NCBI GenBank assembly: GCA_010909165.1
Contig: VJWM01000063.1
Coordinates: forward strand, 1,674,001-1,738,000
DNA: 64,000 nucleotides
From: Anthoceros angustus
Taxonomy: Eukaryota > Plantae > Anthocerotophyta
Reading direction: 5' to 3'
The notes under the pieces were generated by a model. It had not been told where the DNA came from and searched no databases. It saw only the letters and a program-made list of their open reading frames with translations. Within the stretch, counting starts at the first letter, position 1. Each line of letters starts with the position of its first letter. Positions 32,920 to 46,415 of this stretch are shown in pieces. Both the position numbers and the translations under genes were made by a program.

Positions 32920-35900
32920 ATGCCGGCTGTGGTGAAAAAGCGGAAGGCCCTGGCTGTCCGCGGAGAGCCTGAGGACGATGGAGACGGAGTGCGAGGTGAG
33001 AATTATGGCCCCAGGTTTGTGGGTTTTGCGCCGTTCTGAAGGAACTGTTGTGACGGTGTTGTGGGTTCTGGAGCAGATGGAGATTTTGAGCGTGACGAGC
33101 TTGGAGGTGATATGGAGCATTTTTTTGAACAGGAAGATGATGAGGGGCGCGAAAATACGGACGATTTTCTGCCCATGTGAGTGGGTTGTCTGGATGTGTG
33201 ATTGGCTCTGACCAACCCTAAGTTTTGGTCTTGAATGGAGAAGATGGCAGGTGCTGAGGAGATGGTGTGGAATTGGTTGGTGCAGTAGTGCAGACGGGAG
33301 GTTGCGGCTGCGCCCTGACATAGCACTGGATGGGCCTCAGTACGCTGGACGGAAGAGCAGTAGGAAGAGGGCACTTGAAGAGAGCGATTCTGAAGAGGGG
33401 CAAGGTGATTCTGATTCAGACATTTCGAATGGCAGTAGAGCTGCACCGGAGGATGATGACATCTCCGAGGAGGAGGCAGATGGACTGGTGAGTAAATGCA
33501 ACTTGTCACGTATGTAGCTGCCTGCGAAGATTACATGTATAAGGTTCTGTTGTATGGTACTTGAACAGTGGAATGTGGAGGAGAAAGTCTTGGTTGTTAT
33601 GTGGCCTTGTGTGTGGACTTGACTCTATTTTCTGATGTTCAAGGGCTGGCAAGCTGGGGACAAGAATGATGATGCACTGGAAGCTCTTAGCAAGGAGTAC
33701 GAAGAACTTCGCGAGCAGGAAGAGTAAGGTGCTCCAGTATGAGGCTGCGCAATGTTTGTGGGGGTGCAGTCCTGTATGCTCTCTTGACGTGGCTTAACTG
33801 TGGGATTAAATGCTGCAGGCTCATATTGAGCAATTTAAAAACAGAAGGCACTTCTGATGTGCAGAAAGGTTGGGGAGTGCGAAACCAGAAGGTAATTGCT
33901 GACTATGGCGCTCATCCTGGGGCCAACACATAGCGACTCTGTTTTGCATCTGGGCGAGGACATTTGAGGGCTGGGACTGATTCTCACCTGGTCACAAATA
34001 TTTCTAAATTTGTCTCACAGGCCCTCTGGGACCGGGGTGTGGAGCATCGCATCTTCTCACAAAAGTTTTTGTCTGGTGCCAATAGACTTCCAAGGGTATG
34101 TCATAGCTTACGAAGGTGCATTTGTGCGAAATTGTTGGGTGCACCACTGGATGGTTTTTTTTCTAAGCGAATTCATGAACTGCATGTTTGACCATTTAAC
34201 AGCGCCCACTCTGGGGACCTAACGTTCCTGCATGATGCACAGCGGTTGGTGTGACTGGTTGGTTGTCTTATTCTACAGAGTCAAGCAATGGCAATGTTTA
34301 CCAGTGACGCGAGGATCAAGAACTCTTCTGAGGCTTTGATCCAGGCAGGGCTTCGCACTCTTGGTAGACTGTTGGATTTGGAGCAGGTATGCTTCAGGAA
34401 AAGTGGTTGGTCGTTGTTCTCTGGCAACTGCTCTGTACCGAGTTGTTCAAGCTGTGACGTGGGCTTGTATCTTCGTTAAATTGCAGGCCATTTTCAAGCA
34501 GAATCCTGCTATCACCGAGGCATTTGCTCGCACTCAGACTGGTATGTTACTCTTCTCAATCTTTATTGGTTCTAGGCAAAGTGGCCACGTGATGGGCATT
34601 TGAACTTGGTGTCCATCAGAAAATGGGACGCAAGAAACAGTGGGTGCAGCAGAGTCTTCTCGGTCCATTTCTTCAGTAGATGAGGCTTGGGACCAGATGA
34701 ATGTCCTATACGCTAGGTGTGTATCTTAGTCCTCCTTGTCATGGTCTTCTCTTCCAAAATAGGATGAAGCAGACTTTACCTCCCTGTCATTGCTTTGGAA
34801 CTGAGCTTGAGCATGAACTAAACTGCTCTGAGATTGTGTACCATTCGCTTCTCTTGCAGTCTGGTTCCATATCGAAATAGTTCATTGGACAGATGGCAGC
34901 GCAAAACCCAGCTTTCTACTGGTGGTGCTGCTTCAAAGTTAAAACTCCGTGCCTTCAATCAGGTATATGTCACCACGATAATCGTAAGACCTCGATGTTA
35001 TTAGGCAGCTAGTTGCAGTTCATGATCGTCTCTTCCATCTGTAGTATGCATGTCCCTGTGGGTCTTGAACTCTTTTATGAGGTGGCATGCCATGGAGGTT
35101 GACCACACTCTCTTGCATGTAGAGTATTGCAGAGCAAGTGGGAGCTATCATGCGAGACCCGTCTCGCATCGTGAACAGGATGCGCTCAAGGAAATCAACA
35201 GTACATGTCATTGGACAGGTAACCTACTGGAATATTAACTGCATATGTGTGCTAAAATTTCTAGTCCCAGTGTTTTTTACACACTATCAAAGCATTGATT
35301 CCAAGATGCACCAACAGGCAAGGGGTAGCGATCAGGCTGATGGGGACACATTGTCTTCTGAGGAGGTTAGAAGCAATGGTTTATGCTGTTCGTTAGACTC
35401 CCTCATGTCGGTTTCCTTACCAGTTTTGAGACATCACAGGTCGATGATGGCGATCCAGAATCATTTGACGATTCAGAGTTCTATCAGCAACTTTTACAAG
35501 AATTTCTGGAATCCTCAGCACATGGCGTTGGTGTGTCTTCGATGTTCCTGATGTTGCATATCATCTCAGTTAGAATGAGATCGCCCGAAGAATTTCTCTC
35601 GAGGCAAAATTTGGACTCCCTGGATAAGTTATCGAATCGTGGCTTGCTTGCAGGTGACATGGATTCTTATGCCGTAAGGAAACTGAGAAACAAAAAGAGG
35701 AAAGTGGTCGATAGACGAGCGTCTAAAGGACGGAAGATTCGGTACGTGGTTTCCAGTCTCCGTTGATTCCAAACCAAGGCTGGCTGTCCGAGCGTGCTGA
35801 TGTTTGTTGTGCGGGAACGTGCGTGTTGCAGGTACAACGTGTTGGATCCACTAGTCAACTTTTGCGCGCCAGAGCCCATGATATTACCTCCAATGGCTGA

Positions 35901-35949
35901 GAAGTTATTTGGTAACCTCTTTGGACAAACGAAACGGGATAAATCTTAA
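32920..35949 (+). CDS. AATF: AATF/Bfr2 (SSU processome component), multi-exon
   Basis: Acidic N-terminus, then DVQKGWGVRNQK-ALWD, RNSSLDRWQRKTQ, FDDSEFYQQLLQEF, VDRRASKGRKIRY and LFGNLFG. The start codon is inferred from spliced 5' exons. Confidence 0.92.
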
Positions 35950-36040
35950 GATGGAGTCCCACATGTTCTCGTTGAGAAATATAGGACACCAATTGTCGAA
36001 AGTAGTGTACAAAAAGAATTGAGGTGGTAGAACATAAGGC

Positions 36041-38020
36041 TCACAACAAACCTCTCCTACGCTTGTAGTCATGTACGGTCAGAGTTGAAGTATGCCTCCG
36101 CCCCTCGTTGCTGTCAATGGAAGGACTATATGCCGCTTCAAGCTTTCTCCGACGAGCCATGAATGCATGATGGGCCCCCTGGCCTCCACTATACTGTTGA
36201 AGCCCAACAAGCGAAATCTGTAGATCAAAATCATGAAGAGCGTAGAGCTGCGTTGAGCCATCCAGTGGGACCTGCCTGTTGACTAGCTTCTTAGTCACGG
36301 CTGCTAGTGGCTGACCCTCTGTGACTTTGTCGACAGCAGCTGCCTCGTCTTCAACCTTTGTTTCCTTCACTGGTGCTTTCTGGTAGTAATTCTGAGACCT
36401 CGTCCAGCGCCTTGAGAAAGGATCATATCCTGCCTCACCTGCTTTGGCATCAACATTTGTCGGTTTCAGCTCCGAAGCATTCTTAAAATTTTCAAACCTA
36501 TTCCGTCGATTCATCTCAGCCAAAGCAAGGGCCTTAGCATCCTTGCTCTTTACTTGCACTGAGAGTTGCTCCAACTCTTTTAGCCTTTTCTGAAGCCTCT
36601 CGATCTCTGCGTGATCCTTTTCCTTTTCAGACTTCTCTTCTGCCAATCCCAACTCCTTTAACACTCTGTCCTTCTCCAGCGCAAAGTTTGTGGGCCTACG
36701 GGAGGTCATCTTCTTCTCCTGCAACATTTTCTTCACATCCCCTGCTGTATAAATGTGGTTTTGCAACTTGGATATTGCATCCCTCTTTTCCATACATTCT
36801 TGTTTCGTAAAAGGGCGGCCTCCATGTTTTTTCCATTCTCTCACTGCCTCCTTAACCTCAGCTTCAGTGGGCGGTTGCTCGGAAACTCGTATCATCTGCC
36901 AACGTGCTGCTGATTGTTCATCCCCCCAGATGCAGTTCAAGTACTTGAACGTGGGGCGATTCTCAAACTTGTAAACCTTATCTGGATCCTTGGCATCCAC
37001 GTTCTTCACCAGGCAGACCCGATAGATGCTGCTCCCAGAGCTCGACACCCCAATTCCTATCTTCACAAAGCAGCCAACAATAAGCTCTTCAAAAAATGGC
37101 TCGGTAAACCATTTCAAAAGCTTTCTCCTGGGTACGGTGATGCTCTTTATGTCCTCGTACTCCGCCTCAGGCATCTCGTTGATGCCTGCATCTTCCTCCT
37201 CCCCTCCACTCGGTTCATCATCTCCCCTACACAAGAGCAACCCGAATCCCCGTCAATTTTCCAACAGGAGACCTGTCTTGCTTCTCGAGTCATAACAAAG
37301 CAACCTACTGTACTATGCAAGACTGAAAGACAAAACAATTTCACACCTGCTGATGCTCTCGTCGTCATCACTATCAGACTCCGACGGAGCACCAAGGTTT
37401 CTTCGGGGTGATGAGGAGCGTCTGTCTCTGGGAGCTGAGCCTACTGCACTATCTCGCCTTCTCTTCTGCAAGTCAGGATCCTGAGCTTTCTGCCTCCTTG
37501 CCACCAACTCGTGCAAAGCGTTTTCCTTTACACTCCGTGTAGACTCCCTCACAGAGGACCGCATACGAGACGAAGGTGGCCCCTGATCCTTATCCCTAGG
37601 CTTGGTGGGTGTCTCCACGTGCCTCTTCCCTCGCCTCCTGATGAGAAAATTCTCCCTCTGCTCAGCTCGGTCATGCAGAATCATCTCCCTCTCCAGCTCG
37701 CTCATGGCCATCAACTTGGCCCTATCCTCCTCGTTTTTGTAGAGGTCACTGCCATACGAGAGCTCACTGTCGTAACCATCCCTTTCCGCTTCCTCCTCCT
37801 TGTCTGCAGCATCAAATCGTTTCTTCAAGGGCATCCGGGAGCCCTTGCCCTTCCCAACCGAGCCATCATAGGCATCGTCGTCAGCATCGTTGTCGCTATG
37901 GTCATCAGAGCTGGAGTCATGGTGGACAGGGGGCCGGGATTTCTTGCTCTGGGAATTCTTTTCACTGCTTGCCTTCGTCCGGCCAGCTGCCTCCAGCAGC
38001 ATGTCATCCAGGGACGCCAT
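36041..38020 (-). CDS. RTF1: PAF1 complex subunit RTF1 (VIP5, Plus3 domain), 619 aa, 2 exons: 38020-37347, 37226-36041
   Basis: MASLDDMLLEAAGR, DLYKNEEDRAKLMAMSELEREMIL, Plus3 segment (FFEELIVGCFVKIGIG...YRVCLV) and DPFSRRWTR. The phase-2 intron joins in frame. Confidence 0.96.
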
Positions 38021-38438
38021 TGCCACTTGCGGAGCTAACCAGAGGCGCTGCACACCCAAGGAGGCAATTCACGTCAATTCCTGATGCCACTTTCTAAGCT
38101 TGCCATGTATTCCTTTAGGTTCTCACACCTCAGTCCAACGATAACAATCAAAGGGGGTAGTCTCATGCAGAGAACTCGCGCTCCCTCGTCTTCTCGACAA
38201 ACCCTCGGATGCACCTATCAGGGTAAAATTTGATAAGGTGCACCAGTTATCAATAATAGATATAGATATCTAGATATTATAATAATATTTTTAAGATTAT
38301 ATTAAAATTAAAGAAAATGTGGGGACTTTATAAGAAGAACGAGATGAGAAATCCCATCTATCCCGAGACCAAAAGGGACTACCCACGGCGCACCCGGCGG
38401 GGGGGTGTGCCCTCACACTAATCTACCCTATAACCCTC

Positions 38439-38604
38439 AAATTAAAACTAAATAGGTATGTAAATTTTTAACCACTTATTATTAAATTAAATAGGTATGT
38501 AAATATTTAATCACTAGTTATGATTAAATTAAATAGGTATGTAAATCTTTAATCACTAGTGATTAAATTAAACAGGTATGTAAATCTTTAATCACCTATG
38601 ATTC
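38439..38604. repeat. AT-rich ~38 bp minisatellite x4 upstream of RTF1 (also at ~40220-40385)
   Basis: Core ATTAAATAGGTATGTAAAT.TTTAA.CAC repeated four times. Confidence 0.8.
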
Positions 38605-38760
38605 AAGCTTGACTAGATTCATTCCTATACTAATTAAACATGTCTTTCTCTACGTCATCTATTTTTTTTTCTGTGTTAAGTGCATTGCAGAACCAGGCTT
38701 GTAGGGCTCTTACAATAGGAGGGGCAGGATTCATTCGGAAGTAAGACCTTGTAGCTTCTG

Positions 38761-40540
38761 ACTTGTAAACCTTATCTGGATCCTTGGCATCCACGTTCTT
38801 CACCAGGCAGACCCGATAGATGCTGCTCCCAGAGCTCGACACCCCAATTCCTATCTTCACAAAGCAGCCAACAATAAGCTCTTCAAAATGGCTCGGTAAA
38901 CCATTTCAAAAGCTTTCTCCTGGGTACGGTGATGCTCTTTATGTCCTCGTACTCCGCCTCAGGCATCTCGTTGATGCCTGCATCTTCCTCCTCCCCTCCA
39001 CTCGGTTCATCATCTCCCCTACACAAGAGCAACCTGAATCCCCGTCAATTTTCCAACAGGAGACCTGTCTTGCTTCTCGAGTCATAACAAAGCAACCTAC
39101 TGTACTATGCAAGACTGAAAGACAAAACAATTTCACACCTGCTGATGCTCTCGTCGTCATCACTATCAGACTCCGACGGAGCACCAAGGTTTCTTCGGGG
39201 TGATGAGGAGCGTCTGTCTCTGGGAGCTGAGCCTACTGCACTATCTCGCCTTCTCTGCAAGTCAGGATCCTGAGCTTTCTGCCTCCTTGCCACCAACTCG
39301 TGCAAAGCGTTTTCCTTTACACTCCGTGTAGACTCCTCACAGAGGACCGCATACGAGACGAAGGTGGCCCTGATCCTTATCCCTAGGCTTGGTGGGTGTC
39401 TCCACGTGCCTCTTCCCTCGCCTCCTGATGAGAAAATTCTCCCTCTGCTCAGCTCGGTCATGCAGAATCATCTCCCTCTCCAGCTCGCTCATGGCCATCA
39501 ACTTGGCCCTATCCTCCTCGTTTTTGTAGAGGTCACTGCCATACGAGAGCTCACTGTCGTAACCATCCCTTTCCGCTTCCTCCTCCTTGTCTGCAGCATC
39601 AAATCGTTTCTTCAAGGGCATCCGGGGCCCTTGCCCTTCCCAACCGAGCCATCATAGGCATCGTCGTCAGCATCGTTGTCGCTATGGTCATCAGAGCTGA
39701 GTCATGGTGGACAGGGGCCGGGATTTCTTGCTCTGGGAATTCTTTTCACTGCTTGCCTTCGTCCGGCCAGCTGCCTCCAGCAGCATGTCATCCAGGGACG
39801 CCATTGCCACTTGCGGAGCTAACCAGAGGCGCTGCACACCCCAAGGAGGCAATTCACGTCAATTCCTGATGCCACTTTCTAAGCTTGCCATGTATTCCTT
39901 TAGGTTCTCACACCTCAGTCCAACGATAACAATCAAAGGGGTAGTCTCATGCAGAGAACTCGCGCTCCTCGTCTTCTCGACAAACCCTCGGATGCACCTA
40001 TCAGGGTAAAATTTGATAAGGTGCACCAGTTATCAATAATAGATATAGATATCTAGATATTATAATAATATTTTTAAGATTATATTAAAATTAAAGAAAA
40101 TGTGGGGACTTTATAAGAAGAACGAGATGAGAAATCCCATCTATCCCGAGACCAAAAGGGACTACCCACGGCGCACCCGGCGGGGGGGTGTGCCCTCACA
40201 CTAATCTACCCTATAACCCTCAAATTAAAACTAAATAGGTATGTAAATTTTTAACCACTTATTATTAAATTAAATAGGTATGTAAATATTTAATCACTAG
40301 TTATGATTAAATTAAATAGGTATGTAAATCTTTAATCACTAGTGATTAAATTAAACAGGTATGTAAATCTTTAATCACCTGTGATTCAAGCTTGCCTAGA
40401 TTCATTCCTATACTAATTAAACATGTCTTTCTCTACGTCATCTATTTTTTTTTCTGTGTTAAGTGCATTGCAGAACCAGGCTTGTAGGGCTCTTACAATA
40501 GGAGGGGCAGGATTCATTCGGAAGTAAGACCTTGTAGCTT
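38761..40540 (-). pseudogene. tandem duplicate of 36967-38757: RTF1 upstream region + exon 1 + intron + start of exon 2 (ATG 39804), frameshifted
   Basis: Collinear with the intact copy, with many 1-3 bp deletions. Truncated inside the Plus3 domain and joined to copy A by CTG at 38758-38760. Confidence 0.85.
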
Positions 40541-40608
40541 ACAGGCAACCTTGTAAAGCCTTATATAAGGCACATCAATTCACCCGCTGAGTTGAGTATA
40601 TACTCATA

Positions 40609-40950
40609 GGGATATCTTAAATATGGATATGTCTGTAGGGATATCAATCCACCCGTTGTTGGGTATATGTCATCTATGTGCTTCACAAGCATATATAAAA
40701 TATGAACTTGCCCGTGGGGATATCAATCGACCCCTTTGCTGAGTACGTATTGAGTATGTGCTTCATGGGGGTATATCTGAAATATAGACCTAACCCTAGG
40801 GATATCAGTCCACCCGTTATTAAGCGTGTGCTTCATATGGTTATCTAAAATATGGACTAAAATATAGAAGTACCTAGAGGATCCATAAGATGTCAATGGT
40901 ATATACACATCCAAAGGGATATGAATCCACGTGCTCTTGAGTATGTGCTG
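40609..40950. repeat. degenerate GGGATAT(C)..TCCAC / TATGTGCTTCA repeats
   Basis: GGGATATC-type motifs near 40609, 40638, 40718, 40799 and 40916, several followed by TGTGCTTCA. Origin unknown. Confidence 0.45.
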
Positions 40951-43900
40951 TTCATATGCATGAGTAATCTTACAAGGAAAAGCTTTAATACAGGGCCCGC
41001 ATCAATGGAGTTGTGCTAATTTCTTCAATATAGTCCCGGCATATGTGCGGAGCCCTACAAGCCTACAATTGAATGAAACCCTTGTGCGGGGCTTTAATGT
41101 ACACTTTGATATAGCTATAGAAGTCTCCAAAATCACAATATAAAAAAAAATGTACATTTGCTGCATGAAAACTTACTTGGCCTTTTGTCTTTACTTCTAG
41201 ACTTTCTAATCTTTGTACATACCTATGGAATCTTTATGAGTCTCTTGACTCTTATTAAGCTTTCTAACCTCTGGAACAACTAAAGAGACACGTACATAAA
41301 TATGGAGTCTGACGAAACTCTCTAACTCTGAGTAGCATGGAGACACATGCATACCTATGGAGTCTTACAGAACTTTGTGCAACAAGTAGACTATTGTTGA
41401 AAAGAGGTAGAGCCATAGCCGTGCAGCAAAAATTGGTGCTCTCATCGGGTCTTTTTAGATCTTAATCTACTAAACCCTATTTGCGAAAAAAAACTTGCTA
41501 CCTTTGTTCTCCATAGAAAGAGTTTACAGCAAACCAAAAAGTTATAACCTTGCTCCTAACCGAAGGCAAGATCATTTAGTCTAGTGATATGATTCTCACT
41601 ATGTGTGCGAGAAGTGATATTCTCGGTTATCGCGATGCCCTTTAGTGTTAACTTGGCCCTTCAACACCAAGTATGGCATACCAAAGAGGACAGAGGGGAC
41701 GGGCCATTTTTTTCACGCGCAAAACTTTTGTTCACACCACACGTCTTTTCGGTGTCCGGTTTGGTAACCCGACCGAAATGGGGTAGCCCAAACCGGACGC
41801 ACCAGCCACTTAAGATGCAAAAGGGATTTTTTCATCCCATCCTGTGGTTTTCTCGCGATAAGAAAGAACTTTTTCTCTGCATCTTCTACTTTAGGGTTTT
41901 GCGAGATGGTTTGGGCTTAGCTAACCCACGCCCGTTTTAGGGTTCATCTCTTCGGTGGGCGGGGTTTAGAGCAGGCGGCTTTCTTTAGGCGGCGGCGGTG
42001 CGGGGCGGGCGAGCGAGCCTGACGAAGACGCGGGAAGGAGGCGAGGTGCAGGCGGCGGGCGTCAAGGTGCGAGGCGGTGTCGTCCAGGCGGCGGCGATCA
42101 GCGCGGCCCAGTCCACCAGTGCGCGTTCTTCCACGCAGCGCCTTCGCTAGGTAGCGTGGAGGCTGGTCGGGCGCGGCGTAGGTGGGCGGGCGGGCGCGCC
42201 CACGGAAGGTGGGCGGGGCACCGGCGCAGGCGAGCATGTTGGGCCCGGTTTGCGTGGAGCGGTAGGCGGCGGGCGGCGGTGGCACGGAGGCGGGCGGCGG
42301 CGGGCTGCGGTCGGGCGAGGTCGGGCGGCGGCGGGCCGTGGCGGGCGGGCCTGCGGTCGGGCGGTCCACAGGCGGGGTCGGCGCATCCACGGGGCGGGCG
42401 GGCGGGCCGTGGCGGGCGGCGGCGGGCGCGGGCGGGGCAAAACACGGGCGGCGGGCGCCCGGCGGGGCGAGGCGGTGCGGGGCGGTGGAGGCGTGTGGGC
42501 CGGTGGCGGCGGTGGAGGCGGTGGGCGGGCGGCAGTGCGGGGCGTGTCATGGTCAGCAGGCGCCAGGAGGCACCCACGGTATGAGTCCTCCCCAGTCATG
42601 CACCAAGCACCTACTAACCTTGTCCCCATTTCTTCCTGCCCATGGTGATGCCAAATTGTTTGATGCTCCTTCTCTTCCAAATGTCGACTTCCAGTGCTGC
42701 TTGCAGTCTTATGCGACATCTGCTTGTTGTGGAGGGATGGCGGCAGCCCACCTCTCCTCCTCACATGCCGCAGCCCGCGACTAGCCCACGGCATGTTGGG
42801 GCGGCGGTGGAGGAGGGTTGCACGCTCTCCTCGACCTCACCCGATCCTAATATGTGGAGTGAGTTGTTTCTGGTCTTATGACCCGAAGAAGCCAATGCAT
42901 CCTCTCGAGGGCTTGATCTTGTTGTTGCGACATGCGGAGGACCTAGCGACCTCATCGCCACATAGAACTACCCTTGGACTTGAGTTCTTTTCGGTGAGGG
43001 CGTGGTCGCGGTATTTGGTGGACTGGACTTCATCTTTAGAGTGCCTTCAGTGGGCGCACTATTTCATGCATACCCATTTTGATGGGTGGCCATTGGGTCC
43101 TAACGATCAACGTGAGGCCTCGCGGTCCAAGCACCGAGTCACGGAGGACTTCAAGGTGTGGATGGCCAAGTTTCACTCGACGGCTTGAGTCACGAGTGCC
43201 TTCAGTGGGCGGGCGGCGGGCCTCGGCCTTCTCGCCCCCTCGGATTTCATCTCAACGTCTTCTCTGAATTGGGCCGCCAACCATGTCTTGTGGGAGGAGA
43301 TGAGCGACCTCTACATCATCGGGCGGTGATCATGGGGTTAGTGCTGGTCATGTGCTTTAGGCACCGTGGGCGAGGGGTTTGATAGGACTTGATGTCACGA
43401 GGCCTTTCGGTTTAGATTTGTAGGTGTCTTGGATCCGCTTCCCAGTTTGACTTGACCGAATTTTGGCGCTTTCGTCATTCGTTTATTCTCACCACTCGGC
43501 GGATATACGTGCCTCGTTTTCAACTTGGCCTCGGTTCATGCTTGCCGCGCGTCGTGTTCCCTCGTGCATTTTGGCCGCTTTTCCATTCTCCTTCGCCTTT
43601 GAACCCCTGACTTTTGCCCCACTTTCCATATCGTCACACTTGCTTATTAAGTGAGAACCCATACAGGCTGCCTTGTTTGATGTGTCTTGGGTCCATGAAC
43701 TCACTCCCTCGCCTTTCCTATCCATGTCCACCTCTCTACCCGGTACACAACGGCACCGTCGTTGCCAACACGCCTCTGCGGCGCACCTCGGATGACAAGT
43801 GTTACGAAGAGGTTAAGGGCTCTCCATGTCCCGAGTGCTGGTCTTCATTCCACTCCCACACCATATCTTTGCGGTGGGATCCCGTCACCTGTCTGAGCAC

Positions 43901-44237
43901 CGTCACAGCTCGATCGGTGATACATGTCCGGGAGGTAATTTGTACACTTCAAGCCTGCCTCGTACGCCATGTCCCTCGCCACTTGCATGTCCTGCACACA
44001 ACCTTTGTCGTCAACAGCAACTGTTGGTGTTCACATTCACGACGGTCTTGGCCTGACGTTCACTTACCCCTGTCAGCAATGCAATCGGAGGAAGCGGTGC
44101 CACCTCCGGTGCAACGTTGCGGGCGTACTGTGGTCCGGGGACATAGTAGTCGTTGTCGTCCTCCTCGTCTACCCCATAAGCCGAGGCCAGCGGCGCTCCT
44201 CCTCAGGAAGGCCTCCGAGGCGTGGCACCTATGTCGC

Positions 44238-44692
44238 CGTCTCGACCTCATTTTCCTCACCACCAAGTTCCACACCAACGAAGTCGCCACTGTCCTCATG
44301 GTGGGCATGAATCTTGCGTGCAAGGAATGTATGTGCCAAGGGTTCGTGGTATCCAACTCACGGCATCACGGGCTCGAACATGTACCTCTTGTGCAGGCCC
44401 ACTTCTCCTTGAGCCCTCCGAGTGCTCGATCCGGCCCCACCCACATCCCACCCACCACCTGCTATGTCATCGTCTCCGACCTCATTTTCCTCACCACATG
44501 CAAGTTCCACCCGAGGAAAGTCGCCATCATCCTCATGGTGGGCATGAATCTGCGTGCAAGGAATGTATGTGCCAAGGGTTCGTGGTATCCAACTCACGTC
44601 ACGGGCTCAACATGTACCTCTTATGCAGAAGCCCACTTCTCCTTGAGCCCTCCGAGTGCTCGATCCGTGGCCCACCCACATCCCACCACCTG
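44238..44692. repeat. ~233 bp tandem duplication
   Basis: GACCTCATTTTCCTCACCAC...CCACATCCCAC starts near 44238 and 44471. Confidence 0.85.
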
Positions 44693-46415
44693 GTGCGCCA
44701 CGGGCTCGGCGTCCATAGTCTTGTGACCGCAATCGGCAAGCACAATGCATCCAAATCCCTTCACATGACAACCAAGATGCACCTTACGATTGTGCCGGAT
44801 GGCCCCGTGTGAAGTTCCTACCGTTCTCGCGGCGCGCTGGTTCAGTCCTCCTCCACTAGGTTGTGCTCGCGTGTCGGACGAATCCCGGCTGCGGGTGACC
44901 AAACTCACACCGCCTCCGCGTCGCCACAGATTGTTCCCGCCCGCTTGTTGTCCTCGAGCACCGCCCACGTTATGTAGTCGTGGCCCCATCTATGGCGTGC
45001 ACCACGAAGTGGAACATGTACATCTTGTAAATGCTGCACCGCACGCACCGTTAGCTCCCTCTGCGTTCTCCTGCGGCATTTGGACTCATTGACCACCATG
45101 GGGACCAAGTTCCCCTCAACACTCCGATCCATGTGCCACATGTACATCGGTGTTAGTTCGTGTCACGCACCGAATCTGGCTTGCGCATTTCCATAGCCTC
45201 CGGTGCTCTGTAACGCCGTCACACCTTCTCGGCACACGGCTGGCCAGCAGTCTTTGCTGCACAATCCGCCTCCCAATTCACCCCCGCGTGATGGTCACAT
45301 TTTGTAGGATGAGGTTGCGGGCGTCTTCTAGTGTTCTCGGCGGACCGCGTAGCATCCTCTCCATCACAGGCACCGTGCCGACCACCTCCTCAACGTCATG
45401 GTGCATCCCGGCTCGCTGCGAGCCCTTCAATGTCCGTCCGCCTCCTCGCCCCTGCGATGTTCCTCAAAGTCTCCACTTGAAGGCGGCCTCCCCGTTCCCT
45501 TTCCACACCCCTCCGCCGCGCCCCTGTTGGGCTCGGGTGCCTGCTCTCTCCACCTCCGACACTTCGCTTTCCTCCCTTCGTCCTCCCCATCCCCCTCCGT
45601 CGTTTCGCCTCGGCCCCATCTCCCCCTCCTTCCGGTAGCCATCTCCCCCTCCGCCACCCCGCCATCGCTCGGCGCCTCGAACCCGTCCTCCTTGCCACCT
45701 CGCGTTGCCTCGCCCTCACCCCCAGCTCGCTCCGATCTGCGCCCTCGTCCCGGCCCCTCGCCTGCTCGCTCCGATCTGCGCCCTCGTCCCGCCCCTCCAC
45801 CCAGCGGCCCGGCCCTGCACCTTCCTCCCACCGCGCCCTCGTCCCGGCCCCTCCACCCGCGCCCTCGCCCGCCTCGTCCCTCGGACCCGGCCGCGCCCTC
45901 GCCCGCTCCCTCCACCCCTTCCGCCCGCGCCGTCCCGCCTCCTCCTCCCACCCGCCCTCGCCCCGCCCGCCTCGCCCATCCCATCCTCCAACCCCTTCGC
46001 GCCAGTTCCTTTGCCCTCCACTCCAGCCTCGTCATGACCATCGTCTCCCCCTCCTTGCCGATGCACACCGCCGTCTTGGCCTTCATCGCCGCGCCGCCTC
46101 CACCCCGCGCCGTCGCTACGTCCATCGCCCTCAAGGCAATCGAACCCCGTCCGTTCTCTGCCGGCGTCCCCCATGCTTGCTGCAGGTGTTCCGCGTACTC
46201 GGTGCTATCCTCCCCACAGCCTGTCGTCTTCGTTGCGCGGTCCCCCGGCGCAACGATTCACTACTTGGAGCAGCGGGCGGGTTCAGCACCGGAGCGATCC
46301 ACTTGTTGTGGCTTTCAACACTTCGTGGTTTGCCGAATCGACGTCCGTATGTCACATTATTCCGCCTTCACGGCAAGCTTTTCACGAGATGAATGGCATG
46401 TGCCTTATTCACTTG

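Noticed and set aside
4121-38020. Non-canonical or U12 introns
   Set aside because: All introns traced by hand were GT-AG with U2-type donors. Not every NIPA or AATF intron was traced.
41944-42794. Several Pro/Arg/Gly-rich ORFs on both strands
   Set aside because: Stop-poor GC-rich low-complexity DNA with ORFs in most frames.
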